DNA of 64,000 nt. It comes from Cercozoa sp. M6MM. Lineage: Eukaryota > Protista > Endomyxa: Ascetosporea. Positions 12,024 through 25,821 of the stretch are shown here, piece by piece (the stretch's first letter is position 1; every line of letters starts with the position of its first letter). The translations under genes and the position numbers were made by a program. The stretch lies in the NCBI GenBank assembly GCA_040357565.1, contig JBDODJ010000006.1. One strand, written 5' to 3'. The notes beneath the pieces were generated by a model. It was not told the DNA's origin. It made no database searches and was given only the letters and a program-made list of their open reading frames with translations.

Positions 12024-13834
12024 ATGAGTAAAATACCATCTAAAAAGACCCACAGGACGCTTCGCGCGGCAACAGGCGTCGTTGTCAAATGCCGACCGTT
12101 GGCTGACAGCACTGCGCAAGAAAAGCGCAAGAAAGGCAAGAAAGGCAAGAACGCCAAAGTTAGTCTGTCATATGAGGTCATGTTGAGCGATGGTATGCAG
12201 CTTGCAAGCGTATTTCGTACATTCAGCTGTGTTTATGTTTGGCGCACGCAGACGCAACGGTGCTGTACGCCGAGGGCGGCGGTCAACCGGCAGATTATGG
12301 CACCATCGGCAACGCTGTTGTGACTGACGTCTACCGTGTGGGTACGTTACGTCTTGTGTCGTTTGTTATGGACTTGACATTAAGTAGCGAATGAGCAAGG
12401 CGAAATGGAGGTCTGGCACAAAACCGATCGTCCGGTCGAAGAAGGCGCAGAGCTTGAGGTGTGCGTGAACTGGCGTCGTCGTTTCGATCACGCGCAGTGC
12501 CACACGGCGCAGCACGTGCTGTCGGCATGTGCCATGCGCAGCTTTGGCCTCAGCACCAGCAGTTGGTGGCTCAGCACGTTTCCGCAGGACTGCTTCGTCG
12601 ACCTGGCGTGTCCGAGTGCCGACATTGATCTCGAGGCTCTTGTCCGACAGGTGTGTTGCTTGTTCCTTATTTACTGCTGGAAGAAGAGTGTCTGCAGATC
12701 GAGCAAGAGTCGAACGCAGTGATCCGCGAGGCTCACCGAGTGCAACCGCACTTTGTCGATTCCGAAACTGCTGCTGAAGAGTTGTCGCGTACGCACTCTG
12801 ACTCGTCATTGTCGCAACTGCTGCAGCAGTTCCGTGCTGTCTACACCGACGGCAAGGGAGTGCTGCGTATCATGCGTATTGCTGCCGAGGACAGTGGTGC
12901 CTCGTTCGACTGGAATGCCTGTGGTGGCACACATGTGTCTTGGTACACACTTCTGCTGTGCACGTGCAACGCCGTGTATGTTCCCCATGTGCAGTACATC
13001 GGAGCTGCAGCAAATGCGCGTCTCGAAATATGAGGTCAAAGGCGACATTCTGCGACTCTACTTTGCCGCGGGTGAACGTATGCGTGCACAGTTTGACGAA
13101 ATGACTCGTATCTTGACCTAGGACACATTGACTACCTCTGCATGTGAAAATTGTAGGAATTCTGAGCGACACCTGTTCTGCTTTTGGAGACGGAGTTGTT
13201 CCTGATACGCTTGCCAACAAGGCTGCGAAATCGGTTGCCTCCTTGGTAGGCTGTGATTGCATGCTACTCCATCGTCACGATAACTGCTTGCTGGGGTGTC
13301 GCAGAAATCCGCCAAGGCCAGTGCCAAGTACCTCAGCGTGCGTGCCATGGAGTCCGACGTGGCTGCTTTGCGAAAGCAACTGGAAACACAGTGTGTCGCC
13401 GCGCTGGCGTGTCCTGGTGCCACGATGCCGTATCTGCGCGACTGTGCCGCTGCTGTACTCGAGGACAACAGCGACAAGATTGTGCTGTACACTCGCCACA
13501 CCCTTCATTTTTGCCCCTGTTTCACCTTGTGTGTGTTTAGCTTGGTCGGTGGTGTGCCGGGCGACAACGATGAATCCGCCGTCTTCTTGCTGTACGCCGT
13601 TGCTTCCTCCTGTTCGCTTTGTAATTCAATGAAAAAACGTTCCATAGGTGGGGCAACCCCGAACATGTGACGACGCGCGCAGTCGGCAAGACCGTGAGTG
13701 AGTTGCTCAAGGGACGTGGTGGTGGTCGACCCGGCTCGCTGCAGGGCGTGGTCGGCTGTTTTGACGCCGCCGCCGAGGCGCTGCCGCGTGCTGTGCGCTG
13801 CATCAGCGACGTCGTGCTGTCGCAATCGCAGTGA
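12024..13834 (+). CDS. AARSD1: Alanyl-tRNA editing protein (AlaXp/AARSD1-like) with a C-terminal DHHA1-like region
   Basis: TVLYAEGGGQPAD; WRRRFDHAQCHTAQHVLS (HxxxH); DWNACGGTH zinc motif; LKGRGGGRPGSLQG near the C-terminus. Confidence 0.88.
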
Positions 13835-14093
13835 ATTCGCACGATACCCGTACCGTAGGAGGCTCAAGCGCCGCGCGTGGTGAAAGACCCCCCCCCCCCC
13901 GCGCTTGGCCCGTTTCATACGATGCCGCATTGCATACATCGCAATCGTATCACGCGTATGCATTTCGAATCAACTGCAGATCGGCCTGGATTCAGTTAAA
14001 ATTATGTATGTACGTATCCGCAAAAGTTCAACGACGCCACCGCATCACTACGCTACCGTACTGGCAAGCGCGCGAAGGAGGAATCACGTTCCG

Positions 14094-16653
14094 CTATTTG
14101 TTCTTCTTCTTCTTCTTCTTGCGTTTCTTGGGCTTGCTGGCGAGCGAGTCGGGCTCGCTGCTGTGGTGCGGCACCTTGACGGCGTCGAGCTCGCTGTCGA
14201 CGCTATCGCGCGCACTGACCGAGTCGTCGTCGGCGTCGTGGCTGGTTGTGTTGCTGACAAAGGCAGCAGTCGACGTGGGTGGCACTCCCTGCATGCTGTC
14301 GATCGTGCTATCAATTGTGCTGTCGAGACTGTCGATGCTTTCGTCCTCGGCGTAGGGAACCTCGTCGGACGGCAGCTTGTGCCACAGCTGCGGCATGCCG
14401 CGCAGCAGCTCGAGCGCCGTGAACAGCGTCACTCCGAACAGAACAGCAACGACGGCGATCGCGTGCAACAGACGCATCCACAGCCAATAGACCACCAGTG
14501 AGAGACACCTGCACACCCCCCAGGGATATCAGTCAATCTATATGTAGACACGTAGCAAGAGGTACAAAGCGGTCAGCGAGGCAGCAAAAGCCACAGCCCA
14601 CACACGCGGCCGCGGCAGTTGCAGCTTGAGTGCGACGTACTTCCGGATCTGTACAAAACATCAAGGAAAGGAACCAAATATTACAGGGATAGAACGTACA
14701 AACAGCACAAGTGCCACGGTGGGCACCACAGCAACTAGAACAGTGAAGACGACAGCGATGACACCGTGCAGCACGCCAAGCTGCTCGTGCGGCGGGAAGG
14801 TGTGGAACAGCATCGGCTTGGCCTCGTAGGTGGGCCGCTCGATGCCGCCCGAGAAGAACTCGACTGCGTCCTGCTGCGCCGGGAAGGTCGTCACCTTGGC
14901 CACGGCGGCACGGCGCCACTGCACCGGCTCGGCCAGCAGTGGATGCACCACGGCGAGGTCGATGTCATACTTGTGCTCTCCGCGCGGAAGTCGCTCGGTC
15001 AGACGGCGTGACACACTGCTCAGCTTGGTGGAGAAACGCACGCCTCGACGCATCGTACCAAACGAGAACTTGCGACCTGACGCCTTGTGCGTCAGCACCA
15101 CCACGACCTGCAGATCCTCTCTGTACACACAACAACAAGAGTAAAGGAAGGGTGGAGAGGGGTAAGGAAAGAGTACTCTGGCAGCTCGGCAAGTTTGCCC
15201 AGAAGCTGCACGGCAACGGCGCCAGGAAAAGCATCGTCAATCGTGAGTTGCAACGGCGCGAGGTTTCGCTTCGTCGCTTCGCTGAATTGAAGTGTGCGCT
15301 TCTTGCTGGGGTCCGAGTAGATCGCGGCCTTGAAGTCAACGTCGTCCAACGCGAGTGTCTTGAAAAACTTGAACTTGCCAAGCGTCTCGGAGTCATTGAG
15401 CACAGTGATGACGTGCTCCCCGACGGAAGTGACGCTGTCGCCATCGATACTGCTCGAAAGCTTCAATGCGTTCGGTTTCTCGACGCCTGTGGCGTCACTG
15501 GTGCCAACCGAGACATCGGTTCCTTGATGGTAGTCACCGACACTGGCACCAGTCACCACAGGGTAAGCCACCGTGATCTCCTTGACGAAGGCGCCAAGCG
15601 TCGTCACTGCCGCATGCGACTGCGCCACCGTTCCTGGAACGCGCACAGTGCGCATGAGCAGTTGCGTCACCTTCGATGCCGGCTGAGACACCTGCGCCAC
15701 AGTGCGAGCGACACGGGCGATCTGGAACACATCAAGCACGTCGACACGCAGCGATTTCGCAGCTTTCGACACTGCGCCTGTCAGCAGCTTCTGCAAGACG
15801 TCCGAGCGAGACTTGAGCTGCTTCGATACTGCGAGAAAGGTAACGTTACTTCAGTTACAGTACACATAATTGACATGCACGAAGGCTACCAGAAGCATTG
15901 ACTTGAGCAAGAGTTGCAAGCGACTTCATGGCCACTGCGACACGCGAAATCTCCTTTTGCTTCAATGACACATCCAAAGCTTTCAGCATGTAGTCCGTTG
16001 CCCGTTCCAGATCGACCTGCTCAACCAATTTGGGTGACCAAGCAAGAAAAAAGAATATACAGATAGAAGGAGAAACATTGAAGTTTGGCAGAGTTCGCAG
16101 TTCGACCGCGAGTGCTGTTGCAAGCGCCGCCGACTGGAGCTTCTTCGAGTCCACAGTCGAAAAGTCGAGTTTGAGAGCGGCAACGCGTTTCTCGACCGAG
16201 TTAAGCACGCGATCGCTCGCGACGAACGGCTTCAACGTTGAATCTGAGCTGAGGATGCGCTGCGATCGCAAAAGCGCCGAAAGCGCCTCGATCGAGACGC
16301 GTTTTGAGCCTTTCTTGTTCAACACGTGCTCGTTCAGAGCTTTGGAAATGCGCTTCTGCAGCTGCGCGCGCTCGGCATTGCTCAGACCGCAGTCGAGTGA
16401 AGCACACGTCTCCAACGCCAGTGGCAGCGACGAGGCAACGCTTACGACATCTTCGGCAACGAGAATCGGCTGGGTCTAGAAATGGAAAAGCAAATCATAA
16501 TGTTCGGAATTAATAAGATGGAATTAATCAGATGCAACATACCACACTTGCTGCAGCTGCGCGATCAAAGGGACCATGGGCCGACCAGACAACCTGGGTG
16601 GCCTCAGTCACGCCGGCAAGCGCAGACAGCGCGAGCAGCACAAGAATAAACAT
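14094..16653 (-). CDS. RPN2: Oligosaccharyltransferase subunit ribophorin II (RPN2/SWP1)-like
   Basis: Signal peptide MFILVLLALSALAGVTEA; long lumenal region; PMLFHTFPPHE followed by three TM segments (..VFTVLVAVVP..YWLWMRLL..); poly-Lys KKNK C-terminus. Confidence 0.7.
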
Positions 16654-16917
16654 TCGAGCAGCCACAGAGCAGCAGCTGCCACAGCTAGTGCTTAGTCTGT
16701 GTTTGCACGAGTCCACGCAGCGTGGGGTCTGCAATCGTCGCTGTCTAAGCTGGTGGCTATTAGTTTTTATTGTCGTTGTATGCTCAAGCAATCGTGAGTC
16801 TTACGGAGGTGTTAGAGCACTCGGGGCGGTGCAATCGTGGATAGGCAAGGCAGAGGCGTGTCCTGTTGGCCAGTCGTGTTTTGAGTGACGATTGGCGCCG
16901 CTTGGGCGAGGCAAAGC

Positions 16918-19900
16918 ATGTCTGCTGCCGACACGACGCCCTGGTGGCAGCGTCGGCAGAAAACGCCGACACAGGAGCCGCGTTCTGCCTCATCGCAAGG
17001 CCGTCCTCGCTCGGCAGGCCGCGGCAACACGAGCACGAACCAGCGCAGCTTGCTTGCCATGTTCGGTGCCGACACCCCGACCCGAGCAAGCACTCAAGCT
17101 TCAAGCACCGGCGCCGGCGACGAAGAGGCCGGCAGCACGAAACTGAACATAGCAAAAGTCAACGCTCCCTCCAGTGCCACGAAAACAACGAAATCGAAGC
17201 GAAAGCCGCGAAGCACGAAATCGCCGAGGGCTGTTTCGGCCAAGAAAGCGCCAGCAGCGAGCAAGGCCAAGCAGAGCGCCAAGTCGCCGAAAAACGCGAA
17301 AAAACAGCGCAAACCTGCGAAGAAGTGCGAAGAAAGCGAAAGCGACGATGAGATTGTCGTCGAAGAGAGCGAGTATGAAGCCGAAGCTGACGAGGCGATT
17401 TGCGAAAGCGATGACGAGGAGGACACTGCTTCGCGAGAAACTGTTGAAACGAAAAGCGACGAAGCGAAAAGCGACGACACGAAAGAGGAGGAAGCGAAAG
17501 ACGAGGAAGACATGCAGCCGCGCCGACGCCTGCCGCGACGCGCGTGTCGCAGCAAGCCGATTCCGCCGGTGCCTCCCATCGATGTCGACGACATTGACGA
17601 GGCCGAGCCGCCGGCCAAGCGACGTAAGGTTCTGTCCAGCAAGAAGAAGCTGAAAGCGAAAGCGAACGGCAAAAGCAGAAACAGCGCCAAGAAGAATGCA
17701 CGGCAGGTGACTCTGTTTGGCCAGAAAAGCGCCGAGAAGGAAGCCAAGAAGCGCGCGCGACGCGGCAGTGGCAAGAAGAACAACAAGAGTGTTATCACGC
17801 TTTCGTCCGACAGTGAAGTCGAAATTATTGAACCTCCTGTGGTACAGTTTAGTTTTTTAGTTCATTCTTCATGCTTTCGCTTTTTCAAGTTCATTTTTAA
17901 TTGCTTTCTCGAGTTTGATTGTGCGATGCTTTGGCCCGTAGAAAAAGTTGTCGGCGCTCGAGCGATTCCGTCTCGAGCGGCAGAAGCAAGAGCAGCAGCG
18001 TCGCGCCATGTACGAGAGCAGCCAGAACAGTCAGACCGTGGACTCGCGTGCGTTTGGTGCCTTGTTCGTCAAGCAGAAGATGCCCAAGATGCGGCGCCAG
18101 AGCAGTGCACCGATGCATTGCAACATGGAGCCCTACATGGTCCGCGGTGGCACTCCTTTTCCGCCTGCCTCCGACCAAGAGAGGATTCGAGTGCTTCGCT
18201 TCTACGGTACTTGCACGTTTACACTTGTGAAAGCTTTCATTTTGAAAGCTTCATTTGTGGAAGCTTCAATTTTTTCAAAAGCAGAGCGACTGGGTCAAGT
18301 CGAAACTCGCGAAATCAAAGCGCAAAGCGAAAACTTGCGGCTGCAGCGTCCAGCGCCGGTGGTGCTGCCGCAAGTTTCGCTCAGTGTGACTCCCGTTGAG
18401 CTGCCTGACGACACAAACGACAAAGTCGGCGTGGCTGCTTCGCTTTTGGGCGTTCCGCCGGATTCGTTGCGTGCTGAGTACGACGCTCTGGCTGGTACCT
18501 TCTCTCAGCTTGGAACAACTCTTTTTCTGAGCAAAGCTCTCGCAGCACAGTCTTTGTAGCAAAGCTTTTCAAGTTTAAAGTGTGTTTGTATATGTGTGTG
18601 TGTATGTGTATGTGTATGTGTGTGTGCGTGTGTGTGTGTGTGTGAAGGTGGTAAGGAACATGATCTGTGGGCCGAGCGGTATCGTCCACGTCGTCCTTGT
18701 GACCTACTCGGCAATCGCAGCGTGCGCACGCAGTTCGAGTCGTGGCTTGCCTCGTTCTGCAGTCGCTCGGCGCGCAGGAGCTACCGCCGACGCTACCTGC
18801 AGAACGCCGATGCTTTCGCTCTCGAGCACGTGAGCTTTACCATCTTTACCCTTCCCCTTGAGTACCTCGTTGCTTTTATTCAATCTTTTCTGTCGTAGGA
18901 ACTGGATGCAGAAGACATGATCGACAGCGACAGCGATTTCGAGTACGGCCAGGCAGACGATGCGTTTCCCAATGTTCTGGTTTTGTCGGGTCCGCGTGGA
19001 AGTGGCAAGTCCTCGCTCGTTTCTGCTTGTGCCGCTGCACACAAGGTACGGTTTGCCCCCCCCCCCCCCGACTACTTTTTTTACTCCCCTACCTACCCCC
19101 TTACTGTCTTTACTGCCCTTACCCCCTCCCAGCTGCAACTGATCGAAGTGAACGCGGCGCATGCGCGCGACGGTGCTTCGTTGCGCGCATTGTTGAGCAC
19201 GGCACTTCGCTCGCAGTCAGTCGTCGATGACACTGCTGCTGTACTTACCTGTTAATTCTCACCTAGCCCTACCCCTCACCTTTCCTACTGTTTGACTACA
19301 GTCGCAGAAAGCAGAAAAGTCGGCATCGTTCTTTGCGCCGAGTCAACCGAAAGCAGTGCCAAAAAACGCCAAAACGAAGGAGAAAACCGCCAAAGCGAAA
19401 AAGCGCAATCGAAAAATGCGCGATGACGAAGATAGCGATTTCGACATTGGCGAGGTATGCCTGTTTGTTCATNNNNNNNNNNNNNNNNNNNNNNNNNNNN
19501 NNNNNNNNNNNNNNNNNNNNNNNNNNNNNNNNNNNNNNNNNNNNNNNNNNNNNNNNNNNNNNNNNNNNNNNNACAGAGGCGGCGGAATCGAAACGGGGCT
19601 GATGACGGCACCGATCGAACGGCACACAGCTCAAAAAGTACTGCTAGTACCTAACCCCACCCTTTACCCCTCCTTTACCCTCTAACCCTTTTACCCTCCC
19701 CTCACCTGTCCCTGCAGGTGTGATAGTGATGGAGGACATCGACAGCGAGTGTCTGTTTCAGTGCGACAGTGGTTTCGTGAGTGCACTGCGGCACTTCATG
19801 AAGACGACGCGGCGGCCGATCGTGCTGCTGTCGCAGTGCGACACGGTGCTGTTGCAGAGGATTGCGCGCACGGTGCGCGAGTCCATCACACAGCTCGACT

Positions 19901-21308
19901 TGTCGCATCCGCACGACTGCGACATCCGCACTCAGGTGCAGCCATTCTTACCCTCTACCCCTACCTCTTTCCGTCTACCCCTACCCCTTACCCTCTACCC
20001 CACTTACCCCTACCTCCCCCACAGGCACTGCGCCGCCTGTTGCTGATTGTGCTGCGGCAAGGCGTGCTGCCCGTGACGGGCAGTCTGACCGCTCTGCTGG
20101 AAGGCATGCTGTCACACACGCAGGGCGACCTGCCGCGCTGTCTGCATGCCTTGCAGTTCTGGCTACAGTCGTACGCTGACATTGACACCGACGACACTGA
20201 CACTGAGAGACGGTGCACGCGGCACGTGTCACTGTCGACCCTGCTGCAGCGACGGTTTGCTCCGGTGGACGATGTGCGAGTGACGGTGTCGGTGCCATGT
20301 GCATGCCAGGGTCAGCACTGCCGGGAGTCTCCACAACCGTCGTTTGACAGTGTCGTGCAAGCACAGGAGGACGAGATTGTTCACCCGTCGATGACCACGG
20401 GCACGCACAGTGTTGTCTTTAACAGCGTCGCCACCGGCAGTCTGGATTCGACCTGGAGCGACGTCGTGTCGCGGTGTGACACGCTGCGTCTGGCGCTGTT
20501 TAAACACACCGAGTTCGACGACTCTTCATGTCCCTGCGGCGACGATCATGTCTGCTTCGCCAGTGGTACCTTCCTTCCAGGACCCTCAAAGTCATATATC
20601 TATATATATATATATGTATGTATATTGAGGAGTAGATTTGACCAATACGGTGGCCACGCGACAAGTCATGCTCCGACGAGGCCGACAGCTCGTGGACGAC
20701 CTGCTAATCCAGGCCGCGAGGTGCTCGCCTTCGTTGCAGTGGCGACATCGAGAGGCGCCCTCTGCCAGAGGGTACTTCCTTCGCGCGCTCTACGATAGCT
20801 GGGACATCCTGCGCGTGCGAGGCTTCTGCTCCTCTGTATGCCCTCTTGCTTGGTTGTTTGTTTCCGTATGACCCTATGGCCATGGTACCCCTGTGTGCAG
20901 ACCGGCTTCGTGTGCGACTACGTCGACATGCTGTGCAGCGTGTGCCACTCGGAGAATCGCCGACTCGAGCGAGAGCGAAACTCCGGCGAGCGAATGTCAC
21001 GCGGTGGACGACGACTCTCGATGCGACGTGCGCGTGTACACACTGAGGATCACCGACTGCGCGACCGTCTCACCATGAAGAGTGGCCGCCGCAACATCCT
21101 GCCCGAGGACGCCAAGTGCATCACCGACTTTGCCGACAGTGTGCTGTCGCGTCGAGTGGCGCCCTTTTTTCTGCTGCCGCCTGCTGCTGCTGCTGCTGCT
21201 GCACCTGAGGACACCACTGAAACCACTGGCACAGAGACTGCTGGTACGGCTGCTCGCTCGCTCGATGCCGAGGAGTTTGCCAACGACCCCAGGTTCAACT
21301 CAAGCTAA
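16918..21308 (+). CDS. ATAD5: ATAD5/Elg1-like PCNA-unloader large subunit (RFC-like AAA+), spans an assembly gap
   Basis: LWAERYRP..DLLGN; Walker A SGPRGSGKSS; LIEVNA; Walker B VMEDID..DSGF..TTRRPIVL; GDLPRCLHALQFW; N-terminal PIP-like QRSLLAMF and SIM-like VITLSSDSEVEII. Confidence 0.85.
18580..18644 (+). repeat. Imperfect (TG)n microsatellite in an ATAD5 intron
   Basis: Direct reading; ends 3 nt before the acceptor AG at 18647. Confidence 0.95.
19473..19572. other. Assembly gap (100 N) within the ATAD5-like gene
   Basis: Run of N. Confidence 0.99.
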
Positions 21309-21451
21309 GTAACAACTATCGTATCGTTACCGTTAGTTACCGCGGTACTCTAGTACGGTATTAATCATCAACGCAACTTCGAGCGTACAGCCGAGCATTC
21401 AGTTTGATTATCGCTGTACGTACAGTAATTTACAGCGCAGTGGTAATTCAC

Positions 21452-24123
21452 CTAGTATCGAGGACGATGGGCAAAGTTGTTGATGTTTGGCCACACGGGA
21501 CGACCGTTTTCGTGGAACTGGCGCTCGCGCATTTCTTCGCCTAGATAGACAAAGACAATTATTGTGCAGTGGTAGAAACAACCCAGTAAGTGCAAATGCA
21601 CCTGCTTGCCGCAACTCGTCGCGGAAAGCACGCCAGCGCTTACCGTCCTCGCTGTACCAAAACACTGCATTTCTAATGAGAAAAATACAACAGACTTACA
21701 ACAGTCGACTCCAGACATCCTGCTCGGCGCTGTTGTGGAGACTACTACGTGTTCGCTGCTCCTTTTTGAATGGTTGGAAAGTGCACTCTTCCAGCTCATC
21801 GTCAATAGCTTTGAGGCGTTCTCTCTCGAGGTGGCGCTCTGTGCTGTCTTTAAGACTGTACAGTCGATCCACAGTGCGAAGGATCTGCGTTAGCGGCACA
21901 CGCTCGCCAACGTATCCATGCTTGCGAAACGAAGTTTGCGAGCTGGCCCTGTATGATTTGAACATATAGTGTCGTATGGCTCGGCTGTACACTGAGATAG
22001 CATGCTGCCGTCGTAAACGGGAGTACCTTTTCTTGTATTGTGGTAGGGGAGTTAATCGCATGTATCGAATCGCATGGAACATTTTGCTGTGTATTTGAGG
22101 GAGCATGCTTCTGCTGTACGTGTGCACAATGTGCGCAATGGTGGACGCGAGTGAGGTCTCGGGCACTCCACTGGCTAGCGCACTGTGACAACGTATTGTA
22201 GGGGACTGATAGATTGTGAGAGAAAAAGAAAGTTGTATGTATTGATTACACTGTGAGGGCATTCAGCAGGACGCGTGCAGATATTTGGCACGGCTGAAGA
22301 GGTTCCAAAGTTTCGTCTTCGTTCGGCTCTTTTTGCTGTGCACTTCTGTCTCGCTCGAGCGCTTCCTACTCGGCAATTCAGCGAATTTAGTTGTAGAGTT
22401 GGTCATGGTAATTATTATGTTGCACCTCGAGCTTGTTGAAAACTGCCATGTCTTGCAATTGCACAGGGTGAAGTGTGTGGTCCAGTTTTCCAAAAACTCC
22501 TATCCGTGACAGTAACACCGCGACTTCGGTCAGTTGAACGCTTTTGTCGGAGATTCCGGCCGCCAAATCAGACCCTGGGAGGCAAACTGTCATTCTGGAC
22601 TTACTTCATCTGAAAATGCAACACGCGCTTTACCAGGAAGGTGTTCCGGCGGAGCTTCGCGTAAGTGGAATTCGATCTCCGATTGGTCGACCGTCAGCAA
22701 CGCGATATGTGCTGCTATGTACTCCATTGTGACACGCTGCAACTTGGCTTCGCTTTCCTTAATCGGAGCGTGCAGCTTAAACCTGGAAAGGTACTCCGAC
22801 ACAGCTTTTTCTCTCATCATCTTTCGATACTTGTCGTCTGCGTGGAGATTTTCGAACAAACTGCTACGAATGTCAAGAACAATAGACCTGACATCAACCG
22901 TTGTACAGAAAGAATACGCTTGTTCTAACGCCGACAGCGAGCGCTGCCTCGGTGAGCTTGATCTCCTCCGCTCAGTTTTGACTTCGCCTACAGGTTCACT
23001 AAAATCCATCGTATGGCCCAGTCGGCTGGGAGCTGTCCGTGGTCTTTCTCGCCAGATATCTCGTCTAGCCTGTAAACTTAGCGTATCTGGTACTGAGAGG
23101 CTTTGAGCACTTCGAACCTGAGCACGCATCAGAGCCTCGCGACGTTTGCGCGTAAAACACAGGGCACGATGGTCATCAAAGAGCCTTTGGTGCACCTTGG
23201 TGTACGAACGTGGGCTTCGTAGCGCTACCAATATCACGTATGGCACAACATCTCTTTTAATTTTGAAAGAAAATTGCACCTATCAACTCTGACCGCGGTG
23301 ATAGCGTCGGAATAAAGGTATGGGACTGCTGGAACGACCTCTCAGCTTGTGCCATTAACTGCTCGCGCTTCGATGACTTTCGCTCCGTGTAGCTGCGTGT
23401 CGCGGTAGAAAACGCCTTTGGAGAGCCAACACGATGAAGTCGTGGCGGCGAGTGCGAATGAGTGCGACAAGCAGAGTTTGACCGACAGTGTGCAAACTTG
23501 CGCATGAATCTTGCTTTTCGGTTTCCGTAGTTGTGTAAACGATCGAACACATCTGCTCCAGGTGATTGAAGATGGTAAACCGGTCGAGAATCCTCACCAA
23601 TTACTTTTTCGTGCGCACTTTCTTCTTGGATCGTAAGCCGCAACCGCAACCGTGGTTTTCGAGGCGTACTGGGTGTGTTCAAATTCGCAGTAGAGATCGT
23701 CTTCGATGGTGATTCGGTGCTTGGTGGCGATGCTTCGAGTGGCTTGTTGCAAGATTGAGAACTTGTACTTGACTCACTCTCACCCGTCGTAGTGACACCT
23801 GTGCTCGCCGACATAGGCGAAGGTGGCAGCGGTACCACGCGCATGCGCAGAGCGCTAGATGGGACACTCCTTTGTGCGGTTCCGTCGCCGTTGCTGTCCG
23901 CTTTCAGTTGCGAAGCCAATTTCCCCGTATGATTTAAGTTAGAGTCCGGAAGATCTTCTTCACTTACCGCATGCTCCGTGCTTTCAGCAAACACTTCAAG
24001 CAACGCCTCATCCATCGACAACGAAGGCGGTTCTTCAAGAAGCAATCTGGCCTCAGAGATTGACGACGGAATAGATAACGTTCTTTGACTCGGTCGAGCC
24101 TCGTGGCTCGAGGTTTTCATCAT
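21452..24123 (-). CDS. Uncharacterised protein with repeated (V/F)xxRL and xTFxP motifs (spliced)
   Basis: Minus-strand exon ORFs contain DVFDRLH, HTFIPTLS, VHQRLFD, TVDRLY, ECTFQP and DVWSRL. Confidence 0.6.
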
Positions 24124-24449
24124 GCTCGTTGTTTCTTAAGCTCTACTCACAAAGTTGAATAGTCGCAAATCACTTTTTTGATAACATGGTTTCTGAAAAA
24201 CGCAAGGAGCAAAGTCACAACAAAACAATTTGACATTTTGACAGTGATTCAAGTGTGGCTACAACTTTTCCCACGATGTGCCTGGCGCCACTTTGGAGTG
24301 TCCCAGCGTTTAGAAGCATTACGTTTATACGGATTTGGTGACCTATAGCCCGCGAGAACACCGCTTAAGTGCGTCCAAGTTTTTCCTCCAATTTGAGTTT
24401 CAGGTTTGTGGGGATTTTTTCGTTCTTTGGGCGCAGCTGACGAAGCGCG

Positions 24450-25595
24450 ATGTCGGCCAACCTGACGCTGTCGGCGGCGCAAGCCGACGGGTTCTACAAC
24501 CCCCCGACGTGGGATCCGGTATAGCCCTTTTACTGAAAGATCAAAATTTTTGTTTGTAGTTACCTTTTTTGTGTTTCGTAGTCGCAACAGTCGCGCGATA
24601 GATTTCAGGGAAGTCGTGGTGCAAATCAGTTTCAACAACGCGGTATTGTTCGATTCGAGCTGCCATGGGCCGTGTGGTGCAACGGCTGTGAGGCGCACAT
24701 TGCGCGTGGTGTGCGCTTCAACGCCAAGAAAACGCGCGCTGGCAACTATTTCAGCACGGCGATCTGGCGCTTCAACATGACTTGTCCGCACTGCAAGCAC
24801 CCTTTCGAGGTGCAAACCGACCCGGCCAATCGAGACCTCAAGTGCGTCAGCGGTTTGCGGCAGAAGGTGACTGCGAAGCGCACCGATGCTCTGGCGCTGC
24901 AGCGACTGCGCGAGGAAGCCGAAGCTGTTCGCAACGATCCTCTTGCTCAGCTTGAGCAGCGCGAAGACGACAAACGCGCTCAGCAGATCAAACGTGACGC
25001 CGTTGAAATAATGCGCAACATTCACGAAGCACAGGGACGTGAAGACGACTTCAAGCTCAACTGTACGCTACCGTTTCCGTTATGTGGAGCGCTATGTTCA
25101 GTTTTACTGTTTTGGGTGTTGATTGCGCAGCCAAGATGCGAAGTTTGTTGCGAGTGCGACGAAAACACGCAGAGGCAGCACAAGGCCGTATCTCCCGTTC
25201 CGGTGGACTCAACATTGCACTCGCCGAGCCATCAGCAGACGACAGCTTGAATGCCCTCCAGGCGCTGGCGAGCCGACCCGCAAAGAAGCGACGCGTCACA
25301 CGCGATGTCAAGTGCGTTGCTCTTCCTTTTTTTGATGCATAGGATGTTCACACTTCTTTTCGACAGGAATGCTCGGAGGCGATGGCGAAAGTTGATCAGC
25401 GAGAGCGCTCGAGCGGACGCAGAACTGCCGCCACTCGAACCCGATCCGGAAGTGGTTTCGCCTACAGAGGACATCGAGTGCATCAAGCACGCGCCTGCCT
25501 CTTCCAGCGTGAACGCCGATGTTTCCGATCGACGAAAGCGTTTACGTTCAAGTGCGCTGGTGGCCTACAGTGACAGTGACGGTGATTCAGACTAG
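24450..25595 (+). CDS. YJU2B: CWC16-family splicing factor CCDC130/YJU2B
   Basis: LSAAQADGFYNPPTWDP; IVRFELPWAVWCNGC..GVRFNAKK..YFSTAIWRF..CPHC..VQTDPAN. Confidence 0.9.
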
Positions 25596-25821
25596 TCACT
25601 GAGAATTGTAACCGTGGAAAATGCGCGGTATCGCGTCGTTCCACTGGTACTCCACCAATTCGATCCACCAATTCGATCGAGGTTGGTTTGCGTCGCGTCG
25701 GTCGGGTTTGCGCGCGCCGGCGTCGCGTTGGTTTGCAATTCTGATTTATTTATAATTATTAGTGACTCTGTTCGGTTCCTCGGCCCGGGACGTAAAACAA
25801 CGCAATTCCGACCAGATTCGG

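Noticed and set aside
14939-15901. 320-aa + strand ORF, and similar long antisense ORFs over ATAD5 and the Furry-like gene
   Set aside because: Shadow ORFs opposite GC-rich coding exons, with no recognisable motifs
25650-25740. Short direct repeats (CCACCAATTCGAT twice; TTGGTTTGC twice) between CCDC130 and CFAP100
   Set aside because: Too short and too few to distinguish from local slippage in 3' UTRs
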